NCBI GenBank assembly: GCA_016840095.1 | Contig: JAEOSZ010000077.1 | Span: 1-27,914 of the forward strand | Length of the DNA stretch: 27,914 nt | Direction of reading: 5' to 3' | From: Candidatus Heimdallarchaeota archaeon | GTDB taxonomy: Archaea; Asgardarchaeota; Heimdallarchaeia; Heimdallarchaeales; Heimdallarchaeaceae | Shown: positions 15,939 to 25,070 of the stretch, in pieces | How the letters are laid out: each line of letters begins with the position of its first letter | Position numbering within the stretch: position 1 is the first letter of the stretch | Program-made: the position numbers and the translations under genes | The notes under the pieces: model-generated | What the model saw: the letters and a program-made list of their open reading frames with translations, nothing else | The model's database searches: none | What the model was told of the DNA's origin: nothing

Positions 15939-17366
15939 ATGCGTGAAGGATTAACTTTTGATGACGTACTTTTAGTACCTAAACGCTCTTCTGTTACATC
16001 TAGAAAAGATGTTGAAACTTCTACTTATCTCTCAAGAAATATCAAGTTGAATATCCCTATTGTTAGTTCTAATATGGATACAGTTACTGAGAGTAAGATG
16101 GCTATTGTGATGGCTCAAATGGGCGCAATTGGTATAATCCATCGTTTCATGTCTGTTGAAGATCAAGTTTCAGAAGTTGTGAAAGTTAAAAGATCAGAAA
16201 TGATTAGAATTGATCATCCATATCGTTTAAAGCCTGAACATACTTTGGATGATGCTAGAAAAATGATGGAGGATAAAGGGATTTCAGGTATTCTTGTAAC
16301 TGATCCTTCTGATAAATTAGTAGGAATCTTAACAACTAGAGATATTATGTTTGAGGAAGATGGTGTAACAAAAATCTCTGATCTGATGTCTACAGATTTA
16401 ATCACTGCTACTCCTGAAATTTCTATAGAAACTGCGAGAGAATATTTGCAAAAGAACAGAATTGAGAAATTACCTCTCATTGATGAGAAAGGAATTTTGA
16501 AAGGTCTAATAACTTCTAAGGATATTATCAAAAGCAAAGTGTTACCAGATTCATCCAAAGATTCTAAGGGGAGATTACTTGTTGGTGCAGCAATAGGTGT
16601 TAAAGGAGACTATAAAGAAAGAACTGAAAAACTAGTTAATGCAGATGTAGATGCATTAGTCATTGATATCGCACATGGGCATTCTGATCTAGCAATTAAT
16701 ACAGTTAAGAAAATAAGAAAAGATTTCGGTGACATAGAAATAATAGCTGGAAATGTTGCTACTGGAGAAGGAACAAAAGAACTCATTGATGCTGGATGTG
16801 ATGCAGTGAAAGTTGGGGTTGGACCTGGAAGTATATGTATTACTAGAATAGTAACAGGCAGTGGTGTTCCTCAACTTACTGCTGTAATGGACTGTGCAGA
16901 AGTTGCAAAAGATTATGGTGTTCCTTTAATCGCTGATGGAGGAGTACGAAATTCAGGAGATCTTGCAAAAGCTATCGCTGCAGGAGCTTCTACAGTTATG
17001 ATTGGGGGCTTATTTGCAGGAACAGAAGAAAGCCCTGGAACATCTATTCTACGTTCTGGTAGGAGTTATAAGGTTGTTAGAGGAATGGCAAGTCTTGGAG
17101 CTACTCTTGGTCGCGAAGCCCGAGAAAAGAAGGGATCTTTTGATGAACTAGATATGGGTAGTGTTGTTCCAGAAGGAGTTGAAGCAGTTGTTCCTTACAG
17201 AGGTTCAGCAGCAGATGTTCTTGAGCAGTTAGTAGGGGGATTAAGAAGTGGAATCTCTTACTGTGGTGCAACTAACATTAAACAGATGCAAGCTAATGCT
17301 GAGTTCATTAAAATTACTGCTGCAGGAAGAGTTGAATCAGCTTCACATGATGTAGAACGTATCTAG
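15939..17366 (+). CDS. guaB: IMP dehydrogenase/GMP reductase family protein with CBS pair (GuaB-like; possibly a GMP reductase)
   Basis: [12 protein letters not shown] pair, [11 protein letters not shown] (catalytic Cys), IADGG, RGMAS and VPEGVE. SNMDT and the missing flap Arg-Tyr dyad point toward GMPR (see findings). Confidence 0.85.
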   Translation: MREGLTFDDVLLVPKRSSVTSRKDVETSTYLSRNIKLNIPIVSSNMDTVTESKMAIVMAQMGAIGIIHRFMSVEDQVSEVVKVKRSEMIRIDHPYRLKPEHTLDDARKMMEDKGISGILVTDPSDKLVGILTTRDIMFEEDGVTKISDLMSTDLITATPEISIETAREYLQKNRIEKLPLIDEKGILKGLITSKDIIKSKVLPDSSKDSKGRLLVGAAIGVKGDYKERTEKLVNADVDALVIDIAHGHSDLAINTVKKIRKDFGDIEIIAGNVATGEGTKELIDAGCDAVKVGVGPGSICITRIVTGSGVPQLTAVMDCAEVAKDYGVPLIADGGVRNSGDLAKAIAAGASTVMIGGLFAGTEESPGTSILRSGRSYKVVRGMASLGATLGREAREKKGSFDELDMGSVVPEGVEAVVPYRGSAADVLEQLVGGLRSGISYCGATNIKQMQANAEFIKITAAGRVESASHDVERI

Positions 17367-17432
17367 TTCAATTTGTTACTCAAAATTGGATAAGACAAGT
17401 TAAATAGTGACTTGTCACCCCTCTCTCGCACA

Positions 17433-18935
17433 ATGACTGAATATCGAACCGTATCTATTCTTGTTTTTCGAATCTTTAGAGGAAAGTATTACTTTTACTT
17501 AGTGAAAAGAGGAGAGAAATATCCTGCTGTGCCTGAAACTTGGACACCAATCGGTTCTAATGTATATCCAAGTGATTACAAGGTAGCAGAAGAGCTTCAG
17601 AGTAAATATGGAGATATGGTTGAGGATTTACCAGATAAAGTGACTGTATTAAGACTTCTTCTTGAAAGAGAATTAATTCATGATGCTGAACTTCAAGGTT
17701 CAATACCTATTGTCACTGACATTGATCAGAAAATCTCAAAAATGGATCAAGCATATCTGTTAACATTTTTCAATTCTACGGTTCCTTGGGGAAGACGAAA
17801 TTATTTAATTGGGGATGATATTTGTGATGTAAATTATTATCTCTGTATACTTCCAAATACCAGGTTTTTCAAAAAGACACAATTATCACAATTTTCAGAG
17901 TACGTTACTTCTGATCAAATTACAATTGAAGATAAAAGTAAGTGGTTTAGTACAGGAAAAATTATTCAAAAATATAATAAATTGAAATCACTTTTTGAAC
18001 CAATAATTATAACTTTTGTTTCAAAAATCTACACAGAAAAGAAGAAGATTATTGATGTAGCAAGAGAACTGGATGGAACTATCATCGATACGAGAATAAA
18101 ACAGAATGGATTTATTCCAAAAATCCTTAGATTTAAAACTCCAGCTCCTACTCGAACTCCATTCAATATGTGTAATATTTATATTGTAGGAAATGAAAGA
18201 CAATATATTATTGATCCTGGTTCTACAACTTCCAAAGCTATTTCAGTGTTAGAAGAGTACATTGAGAAGAATTTAGATAAGATTGATGGTATTCTATTAA
18301 CAAATCATTATGTAGATCATTGTAACCAAGTGCCACGACTAAAAGAGAAATTTGACATCCCACTTTTTGCATCTGAGGAAACAGCTAAGGAACTAGCTGA
18401 TGAAGGATTTGTATTTAATTCCTATCTTAAAGAAGGTATGAAAATTTATCTTGGTTCTTATAAACCAAAGGGTTTGACTAATTGGGAACTAGAAGTAGTT
18501 GAGATTCCTGGTTACACTAAAGGACAATTAGGATACTACGACCCTCGAGGGATTCTTTTCTCTGGCAGTTTACTCCATAAAGGAATTATTAGTACTATAG
18601 GTCCATATGATGCAGCTTATACAGACTTCATCAATAGCTTGAGAAAGATCTCAAAACTTCCAATTAAATACATTCTCTCAGGACATGGAGATATAGTAAC
18701 AAATGTTAAGGAAGCTATTAACTTCAACTTGAAGAGCATTGAGAAGTATGAAGGTTTCATAATTAACTCTATTAAAGATAGAATATCTACCAAAGATGAA
18801 CTAACAGAACAATTACTAGAGCATGCGAAATTCCAATGGAAAGACAGTGCAAATAATCTGGCTACAATTCTTCTTAGCAAATTATTGCAGGAAAACATAA
18901 TCCAAAAGCGTGTAGATGAGTATATCTTGACATGA
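17433..18935 (+). CDS. Nudix-like + metallo-beta-lactamase (LACTB2-like) fusion with degenerate catalytic motifs
   Basis: N-terminal YLVKR...PETWTPIGSNVYPSD is NUDT19-like. MBL motifs IIDPG, LTNHYVDH, PGYT and LSGHG. TTAAATA at 17400-17406 supports ATG 17433. Confidence 0.75.
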   Translation: MTEYRTVSILVFRIFRGKYYFYLVKRGEKYPAVPETWTPIGSNVYPSDYKVAEELQSKYGDMVEDLPDKVTVLRLLLERELIHDAELQGSIPIVTDIDQKISKMDQAYLLTFFNSTVPWGRRNYLIGDDICDVNYYLCILPNTRFFKKTQLSQFSEYVTSDQITIEDKSKWFSTGKIIQKYNKLKSLFEPIIITFVSKIYTEKKKIIDVARELDGTIIDTRIKQNGFIPKILRFKTPAPTRTPFNMCNIYIVGNERQYIIDPGSTTSKAISVLEEYIEKNLDKIDGILLTNHYVDHCNQVPRLKEKFDIPLFASEETAKELADEGFVFNSYLKEGMKIYLGSYKPKGLTNWELEVVEIPGYTKGQLGYYDPRGILFSGSLLHKGIISTIGPYDAAYTDFINSLRKISKLPIKYILSGHGDIVTNVKEAINFNLKSIEKYEGFIINSIKDRISTKDELTEQLLEHAKFQWKDSANNLATILLSKLLQENIIQKRVDEYILT

Positions 18936-18994
18936 TAATTTAAAGTACAAATTTTCCCCAAAACTTATATCCTTACTAATTTTCATCTTGCTTA

Positions 18995-20437
18995 ATGAGT
19001 CTTCAAATTCTCAATAAAAATTGTCTTTCTACTGAATGTCAACATGAATGTGTTGAGGTTTGTCCCCAAAATAAAAAAGGAAAAATAGCAATAAAAATTG
19101 AAAGGAAATTAGCTGAGATAAACCATAAAAACTGTATAAGTTGCCTTCAATGTGTTTATGCCTGTCCCTTTGATGCTATTGAGGTTGTTTTGAAGAATAA
19201 GAAGACACTAACTAAAGAAGCTTTACAAATCAAAGAGAAGAAGAGTAAGAAGGATAGAAGAATTTTCGAAATTAATGAAGAGGTATATGAGCCCTTCAAT
19301 GAGAAATTTACTATTTTTAGCAGACGAATGTGGGATGAAGATTTTGAAGGCTATAAGAAACCTATTTTTGGAAAAGCAAAGGATCATGCAACAAAAGGAA
19401 TGGATGGTTACTCTGAAATTGAATTAGCAGCTGTTGATGCAGCTTGGTCCATTGAGAATATGGTTAGCATGCATGAATTTCACAATGAAAGACAAAAAAC
19501 ATTAGATGAAGAAAGTAAGAAAAAACTTGAGGAACAAAAAGCTAAGAGTGATGTTAAACAAGTAAATTACGATGTTCAAGAACCTCAGAATTATGAAGCT
19601 AAAGATCCAAAAGAAATGTCAAAATGGTTGAAAAAGATTTCAAAATTCTATGGCGCAAGTTTAACAGGAATAGCTAAATTTGATTCCAAGTGGATTTACA
19701 CTAATGATAGAATGGATAGACCATATGTGATTCCTAAGAAAATAAAAAATGTTATTGTTATTGCTGTTGAAATGGACTTAGGAGCTATTAACACTTCACC
19801 TAAGTGGCCAGGAGGAATTGCAACTGGCCTTGGTTACTCTAAAATGGCTTTTGTGAGAACGTTACTTTCAAGCTTCATAAGAAATCTAGGCTACGAAGCT
19901 ATACCTGCTGGGAACGCATTGGCATTATCTGTACCAATAGCTGTAGAAGCAGGATTAGGGGGATATGGAAGACATGGATTATTAATAACTAAGGAATATG
20001 GACCTAGGGTAAGAGTAGCAAAAATACTCACAGACATGCCATTAGAAGCTGATAAACCAAGTTATAGATTTGCTAAATCTGTAGAGAAATTCTGTGAAAC
20101 CTGTATGACCTGTGCAGAAAAATGTCCAAGTGCATCAATACCATTTGATAAAAATCAATCGTACAAAACTTACAGTATAAGTAACAATCCTGGAGTGAAA
20201 AAGTGGTACATCAATGTAGATACTTGTTATCTATTTTGGTTAAAAAATGGTGGAGATTGCAGCTCATGTATTTCTGACTGTGAATATAATCACAAACCAA
20301 CTTGGCCTCATAAAATTGCTAATTGGATAGTAATGAATTTGCCTTTTTTCAATCCAATCTGGCCTTACATTGGAAGATTACTAGGGTATGGTGGGAATAA
20401 ATCTGCAAAGAAATTCTGGAAAAAAATCAAGGTTTAA
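18995..20437 (+). CDS. Reductive dehalogenase (RdhA/QueG superfamily) with N-terminal 2x[4Fe-4S] domain, no TAT leader
   Basis: YGASLTGI, YSKM, AGLGGYGRHGLLITKEYGPRVR, ILTDMPL, CETCMTCAEKCP and C-x10-CSSCISDC. N-terminal C-x4-C-x3-C-x3-CP and CxxCxxCxxxCP. Confidence 0.88.
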   Translation: MSLQILNKNCLSTECQHECVEVCPQNKKGKIAIKIERKLAEINHKNCISCLQCVYACPFDAIEVVLKNKKTLTKEALQIKEKKSKKDRRIFEINEEVYEPFNEKFTIFSRRMWDEDFEGYKKPIFGKAKDHATKGMDGYSEIELAAVDAAWSIENMVSMHEFHNERQKTLDEESKKKLEEQKAKSDVKQVNYDVQEPQNYEAKDPKEMSKWLKKISKFYGASLTGIAKFDSKWIYTNDRMDRPYVIPKKIKNVIVIAVEMDLGAINTSPKWPGGIATGLGYSKMAFVRTLLSSFIRNLGYEAIPAGNALALSVPIAVEAGLGGYGRHGLLITKEYGPRVRVAKILTDMPLEADKPSYRFAKSVEKFCETCMTCAEKCPSASIPFDKNQSYKTYSISNNPGVKKWYINVDTCYLFWLKNGGDCSSCISDCEYNHKPTWPHKIANWIVMNLPFFNPIWPYIGRLLGYGGNKSAKKFWKKIKV

Positions 20438-20546
20438 ACTGGTTTATTTTCGCTTTACAATTTAGAAACCTAGAATTTATATAATTTATATTGAGAAGTA
20501 TAATGTTCAATCAAATTTACAATGCCACTAATTTGTAGGGATTATA

Positions 20547-21092
20547 ATGATCGAAGAAACATTAGAACCATCTAGAATGAGGAAATACAATAGATTTCTC
20601 ATAATTGCCATAGCAAATCTTATTGGAATGAGTTTCACCGGATTGTATGTTGGTTTATTATACTATTTCTTCCTGTTAAACTTTGAAGAACCAGATGTAT
20701 TGATAGGAATACTATTCTTCATGATTTTAGGAGGAGGAGTTATTTTTTGTACCTCTGGACTAGTAATTGGGTTATTTATAAACAGAAGGGAAGATGTTTT
20801 TACTATATTGTTACCTAATATTCTTTCTACACTTGGAGGGCTTCTTGGAATGATGCTTCATATAACAATTTCTGGAGGATGGTACTTTTATTGGAATATG
20901 TTCTGGGTAGTACCAGTTGCAGGATTATGGATTATTTTGATTATATTTCTAACAACTTCTGTATCAATTGGAGCAAGATTTACAGCAGGATTTAGAATCA
21001 AGCTCCTAAAAATGCAGATTGTTTTTGAAGAGAAAGGATTTAGCAGAAGAAAGAAGAAAAAAACTGAAGAGCAAGAAGAACAAAACAAATAA
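20547..21092 (+). CDS. 4-TM membrane protein of unknown function
   Basis: Four Gly-rich hydrophobic segments and a charged C-tail. Confidence 0.75.
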   Translation: MIEETLEPSRMRKYNRFLIIAIANLIGMSFTGLYVGLLYYFFLLNFEEPDVLIGILFFMILGGGVIFCTSGLVIGLFINRREDVFTILLPNILSTLGGLLGMMLHITISGGWYFYWNMFWVVPVAGLWIILIIFLTTSVSIGARFTAGFRIKLLKMQIVFEEKGFSRRKKKKTEEQEEQNK

Positions 21093-21112
21093 AATACTTC
21101 TTGGTTTGGAAA

Positions 21113-22222
21113 TTATCTCTTTTCCATCAAAGCTGATTCAATAGTCATTCCTGGACCAAAAGATGTTGTGAAGGTTAAACCTTCTTTGCTTTCGTCTTTC
21201 AGAATATGTTCTAAAACAAACATGATGGTAGCAGAGCTCATATTACCATATTCTTGCATTATGTAATAAGAAGCATCTAGATCCTCTGGAGTTATATTAA
21301 GAGCTTCTTGAGATTTTGTTAGAATTGTTTTTCCTCCTGGATGGATAGCCCAGATTTTGATATCCTCCTTTGTTTTACCAGCTCTTGATAAAAGAGTTTC
21401 AAGAGTTTTAGATATATTAGCTTGAACTACTCTTGGAACATTTAGAGTTAACTTCATTCCAAATCCAGTGTTACCTATATTCCAGGCCATATCTTCTTCT
21501 GTTCCTGGGACAATATCAGTTGTAAAATCCAGTAGAGTATATTTTCTCCCATCTGTATCCTCTTTTACACTTGAAACTAAAGCAGCTGAAACTCCATCAG
21601 CAAACAGAGCGTTAGCTATAACTTGATTTACTTCCCAAGGAAGTTGCAAATGAACTGAACAAAGCTCAACATTAACTATTAATACTCTAGCTTCATGGTT
21701 AGATTGACAAAGATCTTTAGCTAATTTTAAGGCATTAATTGCTGCTTGGCACCCCATAAATCCTAAAATATATCTGTCTATGTGAGGATTTAATTCAAAG
21801 TCTTTTACAATGAAGTAATCAAGGCCTGGAGCATCGAATCCAGTACATGTAACTGTAATGACATGAGTTATTTTCTTTTTGTCAAATTTTGGATTAGAAC
21901 CAAATAATTTCTGTACTGCTTGTTTACCTAATCTTAAAGCTTCTTTAGCAAAAAGATCATTACGTTCCTTAGTTGTTGGTTCAGGAAGATACTTCTTATT
22001 CTTAGGGTAAAAAGAGTGCTCACTAGACTTTTTATCATAATCATCGATTATTGTATGTCGTTTACGGATTTCTGTACCTTTATAGACTTTGTTAAGAAAA
22101 ATTTTTTTGTAAGGTGTATCAGCAACAATTTTTTTCATTTCTTTTAATGCAAATTTTTGAGTGTAATATTTCTCTGGAACTATTGTTGCAATTGAGTGTA
22201 GATAGACTTTGTTCTCATTCAA
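21113..22222 (-). CDS. Type III polyketide synthase (chalcone synthase-like)
   Basis: Catalytic triad GFMGC, HPGG, YGNMSS; also VTCTG, ELCS, LFADG and FGPG. Confidence 0.92.
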   Translation of the reverse strand: MNENKVYLHSIATIVPEKYYTQKFALKEMKKIVADTPYKKIFLNKVYKGTEIRKRHTIIDDYDKKSSEHSFYPKNKKYLPEPTTKERNDLFAKEALRLGKQAVQKLFGSNPKFDKKKITHVITVTCTGFDAPGLDYFIVKDFELNPHIDRYILGFMGCQAAINALKLAKDLCQSNHEARVLIVNVELCSVHLQLPWEVNQVIANALFADGVSAALVSSVKEDTDGRKYTLLDFTTDIVPGTEEDMAWNIGNTGFGMKLTLNVPRVVQANISKTLETLLSRAGKTKEDIKIWAIHPGGKTILTKSQEALNITPEDLDASYYIMQEYGNMSSATIMFVLEHILKDESKEGLTFTTSFGPGMTIESALMEKR

Positions 22223-22305
22223 ATTAAATCACACAGCGAGTTGATTGATATTTTATAGAGTTCTTTTATACTTTTCTTAAGATACTTTGAAAAGAAATTA
22301 TAAGA

Positions 22306-23169
22306 TCATCCAAAGAAATCAGCAAGCTTCTGTTGTCCTTTGAATGTCGTTTTTTTAGGCTCTAAAGGTATAAGACTTCTTTCTGCTAGAAGTTCCTTGA
22401 ATTTTCTAGCTGCTGGAGGAGCGTAACCACTAAAATGGTTATTGATGAAAACATAACCAGAGATTTTGTTTTTGTTTGAGGAATATGCTTCTGATAACTG
22501 ATTCGCTGTTTTTGTCATGTAATCGGTTCTATCTTTAAGTTCCTTCCCGAGACCAATTTGCTGCTGATGAGATCCGATTAATCTTAGGTAGAAGTACTCT
22601 TTCTTTACTTCTTCAAAGAGATTAAATTTGATATATGGTAAGAATGAACTCACAATCCCTATTTCCTTCTCATTCAACAAGTCATAAGTATCCTCCTCAT
22701 ACCAGCTATTATGTCTGAATTCGATTATTAGTTCATATTCTGAATGAGGAAAGAAGGATATAAAATCGTATATTTGGTCTCTTGTTAAAGCATTCTTCTC
22801 AAAGCTAGGTTTGAGCTGCATAACTAGTGGTCCAAGTTTTGATTTCAAAGGACTCATAATATGCAGAAATGATTTCAGATTCTGTTCAACAACTGATAAG
22901 TTATCTGCTTGGCATATTGATTTAGGTATTTTTGCAGTAAGAACAAAGTCATCTGGAAGAGATTTATTCCATCTTGTTGTAGTCTCTAATTTCGGAAATG
23001 CATAGAATGTTGAGTTGATTTCACAAGTTGTAAACTGAGTAGAGTAAAAATTCAATAATTCTTGCTTATCAATCTTTGCTGGATAAAATCCCCCAAGATG
23101 AGCTTTCCAGTCGTCATAATTGAATCCTGTACATCCAACATGAATTTTTACATCTTGCATAACTATCAT
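22306..23169 (-). CDS. DUF72 domain protein (YecE-like)
   Basis: VGCTGFNYDDW, FYP, EINSTFY, EFRHNSW, YLRL and FINNH. Confidence 0.9.
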   Translation of the reverse strand: MIVMQDVKIHVGCTGFNYDDWKAHLGGFYPAKIDKQELLNFYSTQFTTCEINSTFYAFPKLETTTRWNKSLPDDFVLTAKIPKSICQADNLSVVEQNLKSFLHIMSPLKSKLGPLVMQLKPSFEKNALTRDQIYDFISFFPHSEYELIIEFRHNSWYEEDTYDLLNEKEIGIVSSFLPYIKFNLFEEVKKEYFYLRLIGSHQQQIGLGKELKDRTDYMTKTANQLSEAYSSNKNKISGYVFINNHFSGYAPPAARKFKELLAERSLIPLEPKKTTFKGQQKLADFFG

Positions 23170-23280
23170 CTGGTAAGATTTTTTTAACTATAAAAGCTTG
23201 AAATTCTGACTTCTAAAGTTTTTCCAAATTCAATTGCGGATAGAACTATTAGAATCTATTTAAAAGAAGTTTCACATGTT

Positions 23281-23386
23281 GAAATGCCGATAGGCACCCC
23301 TTGCCCTAGAGGATGCATGAGTGTCCAGACGCCGAGTAAAAAAACTGGCACTCGAAACTCCTCTCTTGGTTTAGGATTTGGTTTTT
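23281..23386. ncRNA. Candidate structured ncRNA or cis-element (family unknown)
   Basis: GC-rich island with nested stems (23308-13/23359-64, 23319-23/23349-53, 23325-28/23345-48) and a tetraloop hairpin at 23281-23300. TATA-like TTTAAAA at 23259-65 and a T-tract at 23382-86. Confidence 0.4.
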
Positions 23387-23608
23387 ACTATTAAATTGAT
23401 GTATTTTATTAGCGTTGTGTAAAAATGAATTGAAAATCACTCCAAAACACTTAAAATTGTTCAAAAGCACAATTCACAATGTTTTCTCTTAGGAAACTGT
23501 TAATGGAAAAAGTAACAATTACATCATTTTTCTATTTTCTTATTTTCAAAACAAGAATAGTTATTTTGCTAGCATAAACTTTTAGAACTACATCATTATG
23601 CCCTATTC

Positions 23609-24985
23609 ATGCCTGATTCTGATTCTTCTATAGATCTCTTAGACCAGCTTCCATTTGTAGAACCTGTAGAGGAAACAGATCATGAAATCAGTAAAATAGA
23701 GCAAATAGCCCTCTACTCTCGTTCAATAGCTACGAATATTTCTAATGGTTTAGTTAGTCCATTTGTATCGTTTATTTCTTTGAATTTAGGTGCTTCAGCA
23801 GGGATTTTGGGGTGGATACAAGCAATTGCAAATTTATTGAGACAATTTCTAGATCCCTTTTTTGGTCGTTTTTCAGATATGGTTAAGAGAAGAATTCCTT
23901 TCATAGTTATCTCAACAATAACTTGGATCATTCCTTATGCATTTCTTTACTTTGTAAAAGCTCCAGAATTTGTTATACTGATTGTAGCTATAGTTAATAT
24001 TCTTCTTAGTTTAGGGAATCCAGCTTGGAATGCTTTACAGAATGAACTTTTCCCTAGAGAAGTTAGAGGTAAACTAACTGGAAGAGTCTTCTGGTTTGGA
24101 TCTTTTGGTAGTATGCTTGCAACACTCTTTACAGGAGTTGTTCTGACTTACGCTTTTGGAGAAAATATTGAATACCAAAAGTATATTCTCATTCCTGTTG
24201 GAATAGGTGTTTTTATCTCAATAATAGCCGTTCTTCCTTTCAAAAAAATCGAAGAGCCACTCAAACGAGAGGGTGTGAAATTAGAGAAATATGAGGGAAA
24301 TTTAAAGGATGGGCTCAAAGAGATTTTCAAGAATAAACCTTTTGTAAAATTCATGATGCTTTATTCTGTTTTTGGTATTTTCTGGACTTTCTCTTGGCCA
24401 CTATTCAGTATTAAACAAGTTAACATCCTAAATGCTTCTGCAGTTGAAATAGCTTTGATGGAGGTTATTTTTCCAGTCACATCATTGTTATTCATTCTTT
24501 TAGGAGCGAAAATTGCAGATAAATTTGGCAGAACTAAACTCATCATGCTAAACAGAATGAGCTTGTTTCTATTCCCCCTAGGTTATATTTTTGCATCTGA
24601 AGTGTGGCATCTTTATCTAGTTCATTTCTTCATTTCTAGTATTTTCAATCTAAGTTTTGCTGGAGTTAATGCATATATTCTAGATTTAATCCCTAAGAAA
24701 GACACGGGTCTTTATTTTGGGGTTTTGAGTTTAGTTACGGGAGTATTTTATTTTGTAGGGACACTGGCAGGAGGATATTTTGTTCAGGTCTTTGAGATCT
24801 GGTATTCCGAAGAAGTAGCATTAACTATTGCTTTAGTTTTCATCTGCATCATGAGATTCATAATAGGTTTTATATTCTTGACACTTAAAGAAGTTAAGGA
24901 CTTCGAATATTCCTATAGGCAATTACCAGGTTATCTCAAAACGGGATTTGTGAATACACTAAGAAGACCTTTCAAGAAAAAATAA
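23609..24985 (+). CDS. MFS transporter
   Basis: About 12 TM segments; motif A copies GRFSDMVKRR and AKIADKFGR; FPREVRG. Confidence 0.9.
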   Translation: MPDSDSSIDLLDQLPFVEPVEETDHEISKIEQIALYSRSIATNISNGLVSPFVSFISLNLGASAGILGWIQAIANLLRQFLDPFFGRFSDMVKRRIPFIVISTITWIIPYAFLYFVKAPEFVILIVAIVNILLSLGNPAWNALQNELFPREVRGKLTGRVFWFGSFGSMLATLFTGVVLTYAFGENIEYQKYILIPVGIGVFISIIAVLPFKKIEEPLKREGVKLEKYEGNLKDGLKEIFKNKPFVKFMMLYSVFGIFWTFSWPLFSIKQVNILNASAVEIALMEVIFPVTSLLFILLGAKIADKFGRTKLIMLNRMSLFLFPLGYIFASEVWHLYLVHFFISSIFNLSFAGVNAYILDLIPKKDTGLYFGVLSLVTGVFYFVGTLAGGYFVQVFEIWYSEEVALTIALVFICIMRFIIGFIFLTLKEVKDFEYSYRQLPGYLKTGFVNTLRRPFKKK

Positions 24986-25070
24986 CAAATTTTTTGAAAA
25001 AATCTGCATGTTTGTTCAGTTGAATTTATAAACATTCTAACTTCTATCTCTTCGAAGGTGGATTTTGAGA

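Noticed and set aside
23308-23364. SECIS, hammerhead, preQ1 or lysine-riboswitch readings of the GC island
   Set aside because: AUGA...A-run...GA is present but its register conflicts with the helix and no UGA-readthrough gene is adjacent. The hammerhead core CUGANGA is absent, preQ1 P1 cannot form, and it is too short for an L-box.
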